Source of the DNA: Promethearchaeota archaeon
Lineage (GTDB): Archaea; Asgardarchaeota; Lokiarchaeia; Sigyniarchaeales; SOKP01
Assembly (NCBI GenBank): GCA_019058365.1
Contig: JAHPZE010000002.1
Span: forward strand, 256,001 to 320,000
Direction of reading: 5' to 3'
Length of the DNA stretch: 64,000 nt
Shown here one piece after another: positions 9,883-20,296 of this stretch. Under the pieces are notes generated by a model, which searched no databases, was not told where the DNA came from, and saw only the letters and a program-made list of their open reading frames with translations. The translations under genes were made by a program, and so were the position numbers. Numbering within the stretch: position 1 is the first letter of the stretch; every line of letters begins with the position of its first letter.

Positions 9883-11787
9883 TCAATTAAGATCAAAAGC
9901 GAACACAGTAACTCCTCCCTCTATTCTTTTAAGGTTTAGAGAATAACCCGAGCTATTAATAATATGAAGCATTGATTTATTTTCAAGCAGAATTGATCCA
10001 GAAAATGTTCTATAATTAAGCTCTTTTCCAATCTTTACTAAATAATTTAACAAATATTTAGTTATTCCTAGATTTCTCCAATCTTTATGAACAACAAATG
10101 CTAACTCAGCAATAGAAGGTTGATGTGCTTTAAAAAACGCACCTAAAGCGATAATTTTACTCTCTCCATTCTCACTAATTTCTGCTACCAAAATCATATC
10201 AGTGGAGTAATCTATATTCACCATTGGTTGAATTTTTCTATGTCTAAAATCTTTAATAGGAGTAAAAAATCTTAAGTATCTATCTCTTTCATCTAAGGAA
10301 TAATGAAGTTCTTGAATCATCCTCTCATCTGTTGGTTTAACAGGACGGATTTTTATTGTTTTTCCATTTTTAAGCTTTAAGAAGGTTTCATACTTTTCAG
10401 GATAAATACTTATTCTTCCATCAATTGAAATTGGTAATGTTTGGTCTGAATATATATACTTCCACTTTTTAGCATGCTTCAATAATCCTTCTCGAAAATC
10501 AGGGTGAGCAATATTTATCATTTCGAGTACTCTTTCTCGTATACTTTTTCCATAAAGATAAGCAATACCCCATTCAGTAACTACATAATGGATGTCTCCT
10601 CTTGTTATTACAACACCAGAACCAGGTTGAAGGAAAGGTACTATTCTAGACACTAAAGTCCCATCTTTTAATGTTGCAGTAGATGGTAGAGTCATAATAG
10701 GTTTTCCATCTATAGATCTTCCAGCACCTCTTACAAAATCAACTTGGCCACCAATTCCGCTATAAAATCTGTGTCCTAAAGAATCTGAATTCACTTGACC
10801 CGTTAAATCAACACTTAAAGCAGCATTTATAGCCACTTGCTTTTTATTTTGACTAATTATAAATGGGTCATTTGTATAATCACAAGGATGAAACTCCACC
10901 ATAGGATTATCGTCAACAAAATTATACAATCTTTTTGAACCCATGACAAATGAACAAATAATTTTATCCTTATGTAATGTTTTTTTTTTACAAGTTATTA
11001 CACCGTTTTCCACGAGATCTACAATCCCATCTGAAAAAACCTCACTATGAACGCCCAAATCTTTCTTATCTAGTAATTCTTTTGTAACTGCATTAGGAAT
11101 CTCTCCTATTCCCATTTGAATAGTTGACTCATCTTCAATTAAAGATGCAACAAATTTAGCTATTTTAGTAGAAACATCATCCAACTCACCATAGCTAAAT
11201 TCAATAATATCATGCTCACTTAAAACAAAAGCATCTATATCATCCATATGAATAAATGAATTACCTAAAGTACGGGGCATTTTCGGATTTATCTCAGCTA
11301 CAACTTTTTCAGCAGATTCAGCTATTGGTTTAACAATGTCAATATTAATTCCGTAACTACAGAAGCCGTATCGATCAGGTGGACTTACTTGAATTAATGC
11401 TGCGTCTACATGCATCTTTCCGGATGTAAATAACTTTGGAATTTCAGAAAGAAGCATTGGAGTATAATCTGCTTGGGCTCCTTCCACGTATTTACGTAAA
11501 GATTTTCCTATAAAAAATGCGTTATGTCTAAATAAGTCTTCTATACCACCCGCAGTTTCATAATAATCCAAATCACTAAGGCTGAGAAAATGTAATATTT
11601 CTACATCCGGAATCTTCAATCCAAGTTCAATTAATTTTTTAGTAAGATCAATAGGTTCAGCACACCCAGAATCGATAAAAATTCGATCTCCTGGGTTAAT
11701 ATAGTCTCTAATTGCGTTATCAAAAGAAACCTGCTTCTTACTATAATCTTGCAATGAGTGTGGGAGATCTTTGTTCATATTAGGCAA
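9883..11787 (-). CDS. Acetyl-CoA hydrolase/4-hydroxybutyrate CoA-transferase fused to a C-terminal GNAT domain
   Basis: QMGIGEIPN, LGVHSE and SGIGGQVDFVRGA motifs; C-terminal AELAFVVHKDWRNLGI GNAT. Confidence 0.9.
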   Translation of the reverse strand: MPNMNKDLPHSLQDYSKKQVSFDNAIRDYINPGDRIFIDSGCAEPIDLTKKLIELGLKIPDVEILHFLSLSDLDYYETAGGIEDLFRHNAFFIGKSLRKYVEGAQADYTPMLLSEIPKLFTSGKMHVDAALIQVSPPDRYGFCSYGINIDIVKPIAESAEKVVAEINPKMPRTLGNSFIHMDDIDAFVLSEHDIIEFSYGELDDVSTKIAKFVASLIEDESTIQMGIGEIPNAVTKELLDKKDLGVHSEVFSDGIVDLVENGVITCKKKTLHKDKIICSFVMGSKRLYNFVDDNPMVEFHPCDYTNDPFIISQNKKQVAINAALSVDLTGQVNSDSLGHRFYSGIGGQVDFVRGAGRSIDGKPIMTLPSTATLKDGTLVSRIVPFLQPGSGVVITRGDIHYVVTEWGIAYLYGKSIRERVLEMINIAHPDFREGLLKHAKKWKYIYSDQTLPISIDGRISIYPEKYETFLKLKNGKTIKIRPVKPTDERMIQELHYSLDERDRYLRFFTPIKDFRHRKIQPMVNIDYSTDMILVAEISENGESKIIALGAFFKAHQPSIAELAFVVHKDWRNLGITKYLLNYLVKIGKELNYRTFSGSILLENKSMLHIINSSGYSLNLKRIEGGVTVFAFDLN

Positions 11788-12117
11788 GAAATCACCTTTA
11801 TATTTCAGAAATATATTTAAAATAGTCTTTTTTGGATTTTAAATATAATTATGAGTAATTGAAAGTTAAGTAATTTTTAAATTAAATTACAATTAAAAAT
11901 TTATCAGTTTAATTCAGAATTACATAAAAATAAACTTAGCTAACGTGCAATTTTAACATTTTTTTTTAAACTCTTTAGTAATTTTCTTTTTTTAAAAATG
12001 TCTAGGCTATTGTTATTTAACTGCAAACAGGATTTCAAAGATAAATAATCAATAATAAATATTTAATTTCTTTTTAGAACTTATATTTCTATAAAAAATG
12101 ATTTTCTTAGATTTTAA

Positions 12118-12456
12118 ATGGGAAAAGATAAGATTGATATTGAAGATTTAGAAGCTTTCATTAATGGATTGAAAGATTCATTTGACACTTTAGAGAATAT
12201 TGATCCAATACAAACTAAGGGATTCCAAGCACAAATGGCAAAAGCTATTTCAGATTTAAGGTCTAAAAGAGCCGCAAAAATTGAACCTCTTCCAAAACAT
12301 ATAGGGCATTTTAAAAAAGAAGATCTTAAAAATTACTTATTAAAGGAACTAGAGTCTTTACAAGATCTTTTAGATTCTTCTGATTATAATAGGAGAAGAA
12401 AATTTGAATTAGTAAAAAAGATCGCTCTAATACGGGAGCAAGTAAATAATATGTAA
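12118..12456 (+). CDS. Hypothetical protein
   Basis: 112-aa helical ORF upstream of tatD on the same strand. Confidence 0.55.
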   Translation: MGKDKIDIEDLEAFINGLKDSFDTLENIDPIQTKGFQAQMAKAISDLRSKRAAKIEPLPKHIGHFKKEDLKNYLLKELESLQDLLDSSDYNRRRKFELVKKIALIREQVNNM

Positions 12457-12486
12457 ACTTTTTATTTTTGTTAATATTAAGAGGGT

Positions 12487-13248
12487 TTGAAAATGCTAAT
12501 AGATATACATTGTCATGCTAATCTCTATTTAGTTCTTGAGGAAATCATTAAAGATGCAAAAAACGTAGGAGTACAAAAGATAATCTCTGTTGGAATGAGT
12601 TTTATTAGTTTAGAAAGGATCTTAGAAATTTCCAAAAAATTTGATAACATCTATCCTGCATTAGGTATCCATCCAGAAGAAGTAAAGATGAATAAAAATA
12701 TCGGAAATCAAATAGATTTAGCAATTGATCTAATTAAAGAAAATAAAGATTATATTTGTGCCATAGGAGAAATTGGTTTGGATCATCATTTTATTAAAGA
12801 GAAAGAGCTATATACACTTCAAAAGAAAATTTTTGAAGACATGCTTTCATTAGCACAAGAATTAGAATTACCCGTTAATTTGCACACTAAGGGTGCAGAA
12901 AAGATTGTATTCGATATACTTCCATCATATAAAATACCTAATATTAATATTCATTGGTATTCTGGTCCTGAAGATCTTCTGAATGTAGGAATTGATAGAG
13001 GTTATTACTTCTCAATTACTCCTGCAATTAATTATTCTTCCGCAGTCAAAAAGACAGTTTTAAGGGTTGACAAAGAATTTCTTTTACTTGAAAGTGATGG
13101 CCCAGTTAAATATTCGGGAAAAATTGGTACACCTGCAATGATTAGAGACGTGTTAAATACAATCTCTAATATTATAAAAATCAATTCTAAAGATTTAGAA
13201 TTGCAGATCGAAGAAAATACTAAGAAAATTTTTCCTAAAATCTTTTAA
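12487..13248 (+). CDS. tatD: TatD-family metal-dependent nuclease
   Basis: DIHCH, GIHP, IGEIGLD and LLESDGP motifs. Confidence 0.9.
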   Translation: MKMLIDIHCHANLYLVLEEIIKDAKNVGVQKIISVGMSFISLERILEISKKFDNIYPALGIHPEEVKMNKNIGNQIDLAIDLIKENKDYICAIGEIGLDHHFIKEKELYTLQKKIFEDMLSLAQELELPVNLHTKGAEKIVFDILPSYKIPNINIHWYSGPEDLLNVGIDRGYYFSITPAINYSSAVKKTVLRVDKEFLLLESDGPVKYSGKIGTPAMIRDVLNTISNIIKINSKDLELQIEENTKKIFPKIF

Positions 13249-13255
13249 ATTTTCT

Positions 13256-14308
13256 TTACTTACCTTTAAGAGTTTTTTCTATACCTTCCCAAAGACCGGA
13301 TATATAAATTGAACCAAGAGCTCTATCATATAATCCATATCCAGGACGTCCTTTTTCTCCCCAAATCATTCTCCCATGGTCAGGACGAATCGCACCTGTG
13401 AACCCTACTTCTATAAAAGCTTTTATTACTTCATACATATTAATATCTCCAAATTCAGTAGGGTGTTCAACTTCATGAAAACTATATTCACCCGTATGCT
13501 TGATATTACGACAATGAGCAAATGGAATACGCTCCATAGCCCCAAACTTTCTTATACTTTTTATTAAATCTATTTTTGGATTTGCACCAAGAGATCCTGT
13601 ACAAAAAGTTATTCCATTTGATGGACTATCAACAATCTTTACAAAATGTTCTAAAGCAGCCTCATCAGTAATTATACGAGGTAAATTAAATATGGGCCAT
13701 GGGGGATCATCAGGATGAATACCCATTTTTACACCAGATTCTTCTGCAACGGGAATAACTTGCTTTAAGAAATATTCCAAATTCGACCATAGTTTCTTTT
13801 CATCAGTATCTGAATAAGCATCCAATAGGTCATCCAATTCTTTTTTTTTATATTGAGTTGCCCAACCAGGTAGTTCTAATGTACCTTCCCTAAGATTTAT
13901 ATTTTTTAATTGTTCATGATCATAACTTAGAACATTTGAGCCATCAGAAATTTCCAAATTGAGTTCAGTACGAGTCCAATCAAACACCGGCATAAAGTTA
14001 TAACACAAAACTCTAATACCAAGAGAAGCCATATTACGAATACTTTGGCAATAGTTATCTATAAATTCATCGCGAGTGGGAAGCCCTAGCTTGATATCCT
14101 CGTGAATAGGAATGCTTTCGATAACTGAAAATTTCAATCCTTCAGCTTCAATCTTTCTTTTAAGCAATTTTAATTTCTCTGTAGACCATACATCACCTAT
14201 ATTTACATCATATAATGCTGATACAATTCCAGTTACTCTCGGGATCTGTTTTATATACTTTAGTGGTATTGGATCATTATCACCATACCAGCGGAATGTC
14301 ATTTCCAT
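13256..14308 (-). CDS. uxuA: Mannonate dehydratase
   Basis: MEMTFRWYG, CYNFMPVFDWTRT, IHPDDPP, RPDHGR and GYGLYDRALG motifs. Confidence 0.95.
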   Translation of the reverse strand: MEMTFRWYGDNDPIPLKYIKQIPRVTGIVSALYDVNIGDVWSTEKLKLLKRKIEAEGLKFSVIESIPIHEDIKLGLPTRDEFIDNYCQSIRNMASLGIRVLCYNFMPVFDWTRTELNLEISDGSNVLSYDHEQLKNINLREGTLELPGWATQYKKKELDDLLDAYSDTDEKKLWSNLEYFLKQVIPVAEESGVKMGIHPDDPPWPIFNLPRIITDEAALEHFVKIVDSPSNGITFCTGSLGANPKIDLIKSIRKFGAMERIPFAHCRNIKHTGEYSFHEVEHPTEFGDINMYEVIKAFIEVGFTGAIRPDHGRMIWGEKGRPGYGLYDRALGSIYISGLWEGIEKTLKGK

Positions 14309-14335
14309 TTTGAATCACCTTAAATAATTGAAATT

Positions 14336-15193
14336 TTAGACCCCCGCATATGCAGAAAACCCTCCATCAACGGGAATAACAATTCCATTAACAAAACTAG
14401 AAGCTTTTTCATCAATTAACCATAAAAGAGTTCCAATTAACTCTTCTGGTTCGCCAAAACGTCCCATTGGAGTGTTATTAAGAATTTTTTCTGCTCGAGC
14501 GTTAAATGAACCATCTTTATTAGTTAATAGTATACGATTTTGTTCTGTTAAAAAGAAGCCTGGTGCTATAGCATTAACTCGGATTTTTACTTTAGACATA
14601 TGTACGGCTAACCACTGAGTAAAATTACTTACTGCTGCTTTTGCAGCACTGTATGCAGGGATTTTGGTTAAGGGACGAATTGCATTCATTGATGCTATAT
14701 TAATGATTATCGCATCTTTTTCGGTCATCATCTTTTTAGCAAATACTTGAGTTGCTAAAAACATTCCAATAAAATTCAAATTGAAGATAAATTCAATGCC
14801 TTCTTTTTCTAAATCAAAAAAAGTAATAATTCCTTTTTGCTTATTTGTTAAATCTTCCATGGTGAGATATTCCTTTGATGTAGTAGCTTTTGGATGATTA
14901 CCTCCTGCTCCATTTATCAAGATACTCCAAGAACCAAATTCTTTTGAAATAATCCTTTCAGCTTTCTTTAGGCTTTCCATATCTAATACATCTGCCTTAA
15001 CTGAGATTGCAACTCCTTGTTTTGAATTGATTTTATCTACTACCTTCTCAGCTGCGTCTTTATTAATATCGATAATAGCAACTTTTACCCCACACTCTGC
15101 CAGAGCTTCTGAAAAACATCCACAGAGGACTCCGGCACCACCCGTTATTATAGCAACTTTACCCTCTAAATTGATTTTTAAAGGTAAATTCAT
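14336..15193 (-). CDS. uxuB: D-mannonate oxidoreductase/fructuronate reductase (SDR)
   Basis: TGGAGVL, NGAGGNHPKATT and PLTKIPAYSAAKAA motifs; directly upstream of uxuA. Confidence 0.85.
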   Translation of the reverse strand: MNLPLKINLEGKVAIITGGAGVLCGCFSEALAECGVKVAIIDINKDAAEKVVDKINSKQGVAISVKADVLDMESLKKAERIISKEFGSWSILINGAGGNHPKATTSKEYLTMEDLTNKQKGIITFFDLEKEGIEFIFNLNFIGMFLATQVFAKKMMTEKDAIIINIASMNAIRPLTKIPAYSAAKAAVSNFTQWLAVHMSKVKIRVNAIAPGFFLTEQNRILLTNKDGSFNARAEKILNNTPMGRFGEPEELIGTLLWLIDEKASSFVNGIVIPVDGGFSAYAGV

Positions 15194-15277
15194 ATAATTC
15201 TCACGATTTTTTTATTAAATTTGAGTAATTTAAAGGAGTGAATAATAATTCTTAATTAAATATTGCATGTACTAGTA

Positions 15278-16282
15278 TTAGTCTTTTTCCATTAATTTAA
15301 TAATTTCTTCTGGGAGTTCTCCTTTATTTTTCATACGATTCAACATGTCTTTTACTTCAGAGAGTGTATTTCCATAAATATGGAGAGAATTACTAAAATC
15401 TAAATAATGCCCAATATCAACTCCTAATTGATCAGCAACGTATTTTTGGATTCTAATCATTCCATTTACATTAGCTTCCCATGCTCGAAATAAATCTCTA
15501 CTCCTCCAAGTTGTTTGGATTATTAACTTTCCCTCTTTTATACGCATATAGATTCGTTGTAAACAAGGAGGATCTACATGATAGGGATCTATTAAAGGTC
15601 TCCATGTTATTGCTTGCGCTCGACGGCTATATGGTTTTTCTCTTAATTTCTGAATTATATATTCGATTTGATTGATTCTTGGAAAATTTAAAATCCCTAT
15701 TGGTATTTTATCTATACCAATTTTATCTGAAATTTTTTTGTCTAATTCAAATTCAACACCATCCTTTAGCTTCCATATATCTGTATCTTCTGTAGATTTT
15801 ATCTTTTCTGCTTTAATTAACTTCTGATGGTGTTTTATAAAATCAGTATCCACGAATTCTAAATCATAATATCTATGAATTGTATCTTCAAGCGCAAATG
15901 GTGCATAATTGAAAATTCTATCATGATAGGAATATGGAAAACTCACACCAGAGTCATATATAAAATGATCATTGACTCCTTCCAAAATCTCTTCAATATA
16001 ACCGCTCTGTATAGATCCAACTAAATAAGTATCTGCAATACAACCATAGATTTCATAAGAATTTCCATACTTTGATTTAATTTTCATAATTTTGTCCTTT
16101 CGCATAACAGGACTGCTAAATGGATTAATGATTTCTATTAATACTGTAGCATCTTTAGAGGGTGGATCTTCAGGTTTATCATATTCAGTTTTTATATCAT
16201 CTCCTTTGAATAATACTTGCCCCACAGCTGAAAGCCATGCGTCTCGAACATTATTTTTTGAAATGAAAAAAACTTTTGCCAT
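15278..16282 (-). CDS. thyA: Archaeal-type thymidylate synthase with an internal insertion
   Basis: YSYHDRI, SRRAQAITW, catalytic PPCLQ, WRSRD and SLHIY motifs. The start is probably MAKVF (16282). Confidence 0.8.
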   Translation of the reverse strand: MAKVFFISKNNVRDAWLSAVGQVLFKGDDIKTEYDKPEDPPSKDATVLIEIINPFSSPVMRKDKIMKIKSKYGNSYEIYGCIADTYLVGSIQSGYIEEILEGVNDHFIYDSGVSFPYSYHDRIFNYAPFALEDTIHRYYDLEFVDTDFIKHHQKLIKAEKIKSTEDTDIWKLKDGVEFELDKKISDKIGIDKIPIGILNFPRINQIEYIIQKLREKPYSRRAQAITWRPLIDPYHVDPPCLQRIYMRIKEGKLIIQTTWRSRDLFRAWEANVNGMIRIQKYVADQLGVDIGHYLDFSNSLHIYGNTLSEVKDMLNRMKNKGELPEEIIKLMEKD

Positions 16283-16574
16283 TTTTGAGCACCACAAAAA
16301 AATTATTTCAATATCTATTGATATAGATATTTATAATATACAATATTAGAATGTAATTGTTAAATTTTTAATAAACTTCTATTGACTATCATAAATTTTT
16401 AATTTTCCAAAATAAGTATATTTTAGTTCAAGATTATTTTACAATTTTATAGCATTTATAATGCCCAAATTTACATTATGTTAACATAAGAATATAACAA
16501 AATTTTATCAGAATTTATTTTAAAGAAACAATTACGAATTATAAGCTAATTAACTGACAATTGGTTGAAGTATT

Positions 16575-16775
16575 ATGGGTGACGATAAGGAAAAAAAGAA
16601 AAAAAGTAAATTTGGAAAGAATTTAAAGAAAGGTTTTGCAAAAGGTTTAGGGAAAGTAGTGGAAGGAGTTAGTGGCTCAGAAGCAGCAGGTAAAGGTATT
16701 AAAAAGACTGTTAAATCTGGAAGCGTGAAAAAAGGGGTTAAAAAGGGAGTTAAGGAAGTAAAAGAGGACGATTAA
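16575..16775 (+). CDS. Small Lys/Gly-rich basic protein
   Basis: 66-aa ORF with purine-rich coding character in an otherwise intergenic stretch. Confidence 0.55.
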   Translation: MGDDKEKKKKSKFGKNLKKGFAKGLGKVVEGVSGSEAAGKGIKKTVKSGSVKKGVKKGVKEVKEDD

Positions 16776-16893
16776 TTCTATTCAAGAAATTAAAATTCTT
16801 AATAACTTCTTATTTTTTATTATAATTATATTTTTAATAATAAAATCATATTAAATTTATAGAAAATATAAATAAAAGAGTTTATATTTAAAA

Positions 16894-17184
16894 ATGAAGG
16901 TAGATCTCGAATTTTCCCCACCTTTTAATGAAGTATCAAAAAATCTGTTCGAAACACTTGAACTTGATAAAGAATTGACTTTAGATGAATTAATAGATTT
17001 TTTTGGACAAAAATATGGAAAGAAATTTATTGACTTAATCTGGGAAAATGGAGAGAAGGGAAAGTTTAACAAACTTCTTTCTATCATTATTAATGGAATA
17101 AGTTATCGAGATGATAATTTTTTAGAAACTAAAATTAAAGACGGAGACCAGATTGTTTTTATATATATTTATTTTGGAGGGTAA
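16894..17184 (+). CDS. MoaD/ThiS/SAMP ubiquitin-like sulfur carrier
   Basis: Beta-grasp pattern, IKDGDQIV motif and C-terminal GG. Confidence 0.85.
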   Translation: MKVDLEFSPPFNEVSKNLFETLELDKELTLDELIDFFGQKYGKKFIDLIWENGEKGKFNKLLSIIINGISYRDDNFLETKIKDGDQIVFIYIYFGG

Positions 17185-17226
17185 ATTTTCTTAATTCTAA
17201 TTCACTATTTCTTACCTAAAAATATT

Positions 17227-18258
17227 TTAAAGCAAATATATTATCCACATTCCAAATCCAGTTAATATTGGATTTAAAATATTATCAGAAATATTCTTTG
17301 TAAAAGCATCTACTAATAAAAATAACAAAGTAGCAATCAGACTCATAAGAATAATTTTTTCAAAACTAACCGATAACCAAGGATGATAAATCATTGAAAT
17401 TGAAAAAACTATTATAAAGGTCGCAAAACCACCAGCTATGAACCCTTCAATAGTTTTTTTATTATTTGTTTTAAGACTATGTTTCCCATATTCTTTACCT
17501 ATTAGACACGCTACCGCATCAGCTCCAGTAGTTATTAAAGCGACTGATGCAAGAATTGGAAAAGGTGCGAATATGAAAGGAACAAAAGATAGAACTAAGG
17601 GTGTAGATGCTACGAATGTGTGTAATTCACTTTGTTTCATATCTTGATACCAACTTTTAGCCCAATTAGGGAGCATGTAAAATCTATTTAAGCGTGCTAA
17701 ATCTGCAACCTGAAACATTATAACAAAACCAAATCCTACAGTGATTATCAACCAGTATGAGAAACTATAATTATCTAATCCCCATTGAGTTAAAACGCCT
17801 AGATCATTAAGGATTGTTCCTAATGTCCAAAAGAAAAAAATTACAAAACAGGTAAACAGATGCAGGAATTTTCTCCCTAATTCGCTTTTTAAATCATCTT
17901 TCCAATTTTTGTTAAATTCATCACAGAATTTACCATAATCTCTTTGAGCCATAATTTCAGGATTTTTTTTCGAGATCACAGCATTATAGATTAATGTAAA
18001 AACCCAAACTGTCATCTCGATTGAAAGAAAGAGGGATGTAAAAAGCCATAAGTAATTCAATGAATTTTGACTCAAATTGGGTGAATGAAAACGATATATA
18101 AAAGGAAATGAAATTCCTGCTAATAAAAATAGAAACGCTATTAATAATTCATTAGTAAATAAATGATTTTCAACCTTAATCTTTCTATTTTTTAAAATAT
18201 ATATTAAAGTTAAAATAAAATATCCAATGAAAATTAGGCTTGTAGGTAAAAAATACAT
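17227..18258 (-). CDS. Polyprenol (dolichol/phytol) kinase-like membrane protein, CTP_transf_1 family
   Basis: RKFLH, ADAVACLIG, KKTIEG and SDNILNP motifs. Confidence 0.8.
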   Translation of the reverse strand: MYFLPTSLIFIGYFILTLIYILKNRKIKVENHLFTNELLIAFLFLLAGISFPFIYRFHSPNLSQNSLNYLWLFTSLFLSIEMTVWVFTLIYNAVISKKNPEIMAQRDYGKFCDEFNKNWKDDLKSELGRKFLHLFTCFVIFFFWTLGTILNDLGVLTQWGLDNYSFSYWLIITVGFGFVIMFQVADLARLNRFYMLPNWAKSWYQDMKQSELHTFVASTPLVLSFVPFIFAPFPILASVALITTGADAVACLIGKEYGKHSLKTNNKKTIEGFIAGGFATFIIVFSISMIYHPWLSVSFEKIILMSLIATLLFLLVDAFTKNISDNILNPILTGFGMWIIYLL

Positions 18259-18328
18259 ATTGTTATCCTTTAAAGGTGAATAATTTAAAAATTTTTACAG
18301 CCTTAAACAAATTCGATTTCACTCCTCA

Positions 18329-19432
18329 TTAAAACCACAATAAGATAAATGAATAATAATTAAAATTAAGAAAGTATCTCAAGAGTACATATATTAAACT
18401 ACAACCAATTGGAATTAGGAGATTATCTGACAGTTTAATAGGTTTGTTTGTGAAAATATCAAAAATTAAAAATGCTAGAGAAAAAATTACACCCCAATAA
18501 ATCCCAATAAAGAATAAACATATTATAAAGGTTGTAAACATGCCTGCTAATGATCCTTCCCATGTCTTTCTTTTGTTCCACAGAATATTACTGGTTCCAA
18601 ATCTTATACCAACTTGACTTGTAGCCAAATCACTAATGGAACTTATACCTAAAATAGTAAAAAATACCATTGGAGGACAAATAAAAGCAGCAAACATTTG
18701 ACCAATTGCGAAATAAAGATACGTACCATAATTTTCTCTCTCCTCATCAGAAAGATATAGCTTTGGGAAAATAGTAAAAGGGAAAGAAAAAAAGCGAGAC
18801 TTACGTGCAAACTCATTAACAAGCATAAATAAACTTAATATATAAAAAAAGAAAAAGAGGAGATAATAAAACCACCCAAATGAAAACATAATATCCCTAA
18901 TTGAATTTGGTTCATTTAAAATTCTAAAATACACTAATAACATATTATTTTCAGTAGGAATCATTCCAGCTGAGGTTCCTGTAAAAAATATTACTAAATA
19001 TAATCCAATGTACCACACAACTAAAAGACCAATGAATATTAAAACATGATTTAGCTTTCGAAGAGTGTCTTTTTTAGCCTTGCTCCATAGTTTACGTTTC
19101 TCTAATAATTTATTAGTCAATTTCGAAAAATCTTTTATTACTTTTTTTTTACTTAGAGATACTAACCCTGTAGATATTATTATTAGTACCACTATAAAAG
19201 CCAATGGAATCCCTAAAGCAAAAAAAAACAAAGGAACTATAATTGGTGGAAACAATATTTCCTGATTCATCAATATAAGAAAAATTGTAATATGAATAAA
19301 TACAAAAAATAGAGCGCCAAATCCAAATAAGTTATTTAAAATATCTGTTTTATATGAAAAATGGATATAATTAAAAAGAATAAGAAAATAAGAGAATATG
19401 ATTAATGAAAACCAGATCAAAATATATTCCAT
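18329..19432 (-). CDS. Second polyprenol kinase-like membrane protein, CTP_transf_1 family
   Basis: RKLNH, SDLATSQVG, KTWEGS and SDNLLIP motifs. The start is likely MEYIL at 19432 rather than 19591. Confidence 0.8.
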   Translation of the reverse strand: MEYILIWFSLIIFSYFLILFNYIHFSYKTDILNNLFGFGALFFVFIHITIFLILMNQEILFPPIIVPLFFFALGIPLAFIVVLIIISTGLVSLSKKKVIKDFSKLTNKLLEKRKLWSKAKKDTLRKLNHVLIFIGLLVVWYIGLYLVIFFTGTSAGMIPTENNMLLVYFRILNEPNSIRDIMFSFGWFYYLLFFFFYILSLFMLVNEFARKSRFFSFPFTIFPKLYLSDEERENYGTYLYFAIGQMFAAFICPPMVFFTILGISSISDLATSQVGIRFGTSNILWNKRKTWEGSLAGMFTTFIICLFFIGIYWGVIFSLAFLIFDIFTNKPIKLSDNLLIPIGCSLIYVLLRYFLNFNYYSFILLWF

Positions 19433-19596
19433 AATTTTAATAACCAAATTTATAATTACTATATATTTGGTAATTAAAATAAATTTAATATTTGGATTAC
19501 TTAGTCCACTGAAATTATTAAGTTTTAATAAAAACTGTATGAATAAATTTACAGAAAAACTATTCTTATAATAAGTAGTCTTTAAATTCAAAGAAT

Positions 19597-20226
19597 GTGA
19601 AAATAAGTATGAAAAAAATCATCTTAGCTTCTAAATCAACTGATAGAAGTGAAATGTTTAACCGAGCAGGGATTTCATTTGAGATCTTTGCTACCAACAT
19701 TGATGAAGAAAAATACAAAACAACTATCTCTGATGGGATTGCCCTTGTAAAAAAACTTGCTAAAGAAAAAGCGGTATTTGCAAAAAATAAATTGATTAAT
19801 AATAAAGAAAATGCTATAATCGTTGCAGCAGATACAATAGTAGAACTTGATGGAAAAATTATTGGGAAAGCTCATAGTGAAGAAGAAGCATTCAAAATCC
19901 TTAAAATAATGATGGGAAGAACACATAGACTTATAACAGGAATTGCTATCACTGAAATTAAAAATCCAAAAATAGTCATAGATTCAGATACCACATTTGT
20001 TGAATTTCTTAAACTTTCTGATGAAGAAATAAGAAAATATGTTAAAACTAATGAATGGAAGGGACGTGCTGGAGCTTATTCAATAAGAGATAAAGCGAGT
20101 TTGTTTATTAAAAAAATAAATGGTTCTTCTTCTAATGTAATAGGCTTATCAATGCATAAATTATATCTAATATTAAAAATCGAATTTCAGATAAATTTAT
20201 TTCAACTTGATGAAAATTTTACTTAA
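19597..20226 (+). CDS. maf: Maf-family nucleoside triphosphate pyrophosphatase
   Basis: IILASKS, AADTIV, IIGK, AGAY and SNVIGL motifs. Confidence 0.92.
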   Translation: MKISMKKIILASKSTDRSEMFNRAGISFEIFATNIDEEKYKTTISDGIALVKKLAKEKAVFAKNKLINNKENAIIVAADTIVELDGKIIGKAHSEEEAFKILKIMMGRTHRLITGIAITEIKNPKIVIDSDTTFVEFLKLSDEEIRKYVKTNEWKGRAGAYSIRDKASLFIKKINGSSSNVIGLSMHKLYLILKIEFQINLFQLDENFT

Positions 20227-20296
20227 CCATGGCGAAAATTAATGTTTGAATAAGTACTTTAACTAATGTAAAGAAACTGAAAAAATAACCTAGACC

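Noticed and set aside
15670-15905. Intein in thymidylate synthase
   Set aside because: The insertion is short and lacks the N-terminal Cys/Ser and C-terminal His-Asn splice motifs.
19433-19591. N-terminal 53 aa of the 420-aa ORF
   Set aside because: This AT-rich stretch occupies the divergent promoter region with maf. The downstream ATG at 19432 is the more plausible start.
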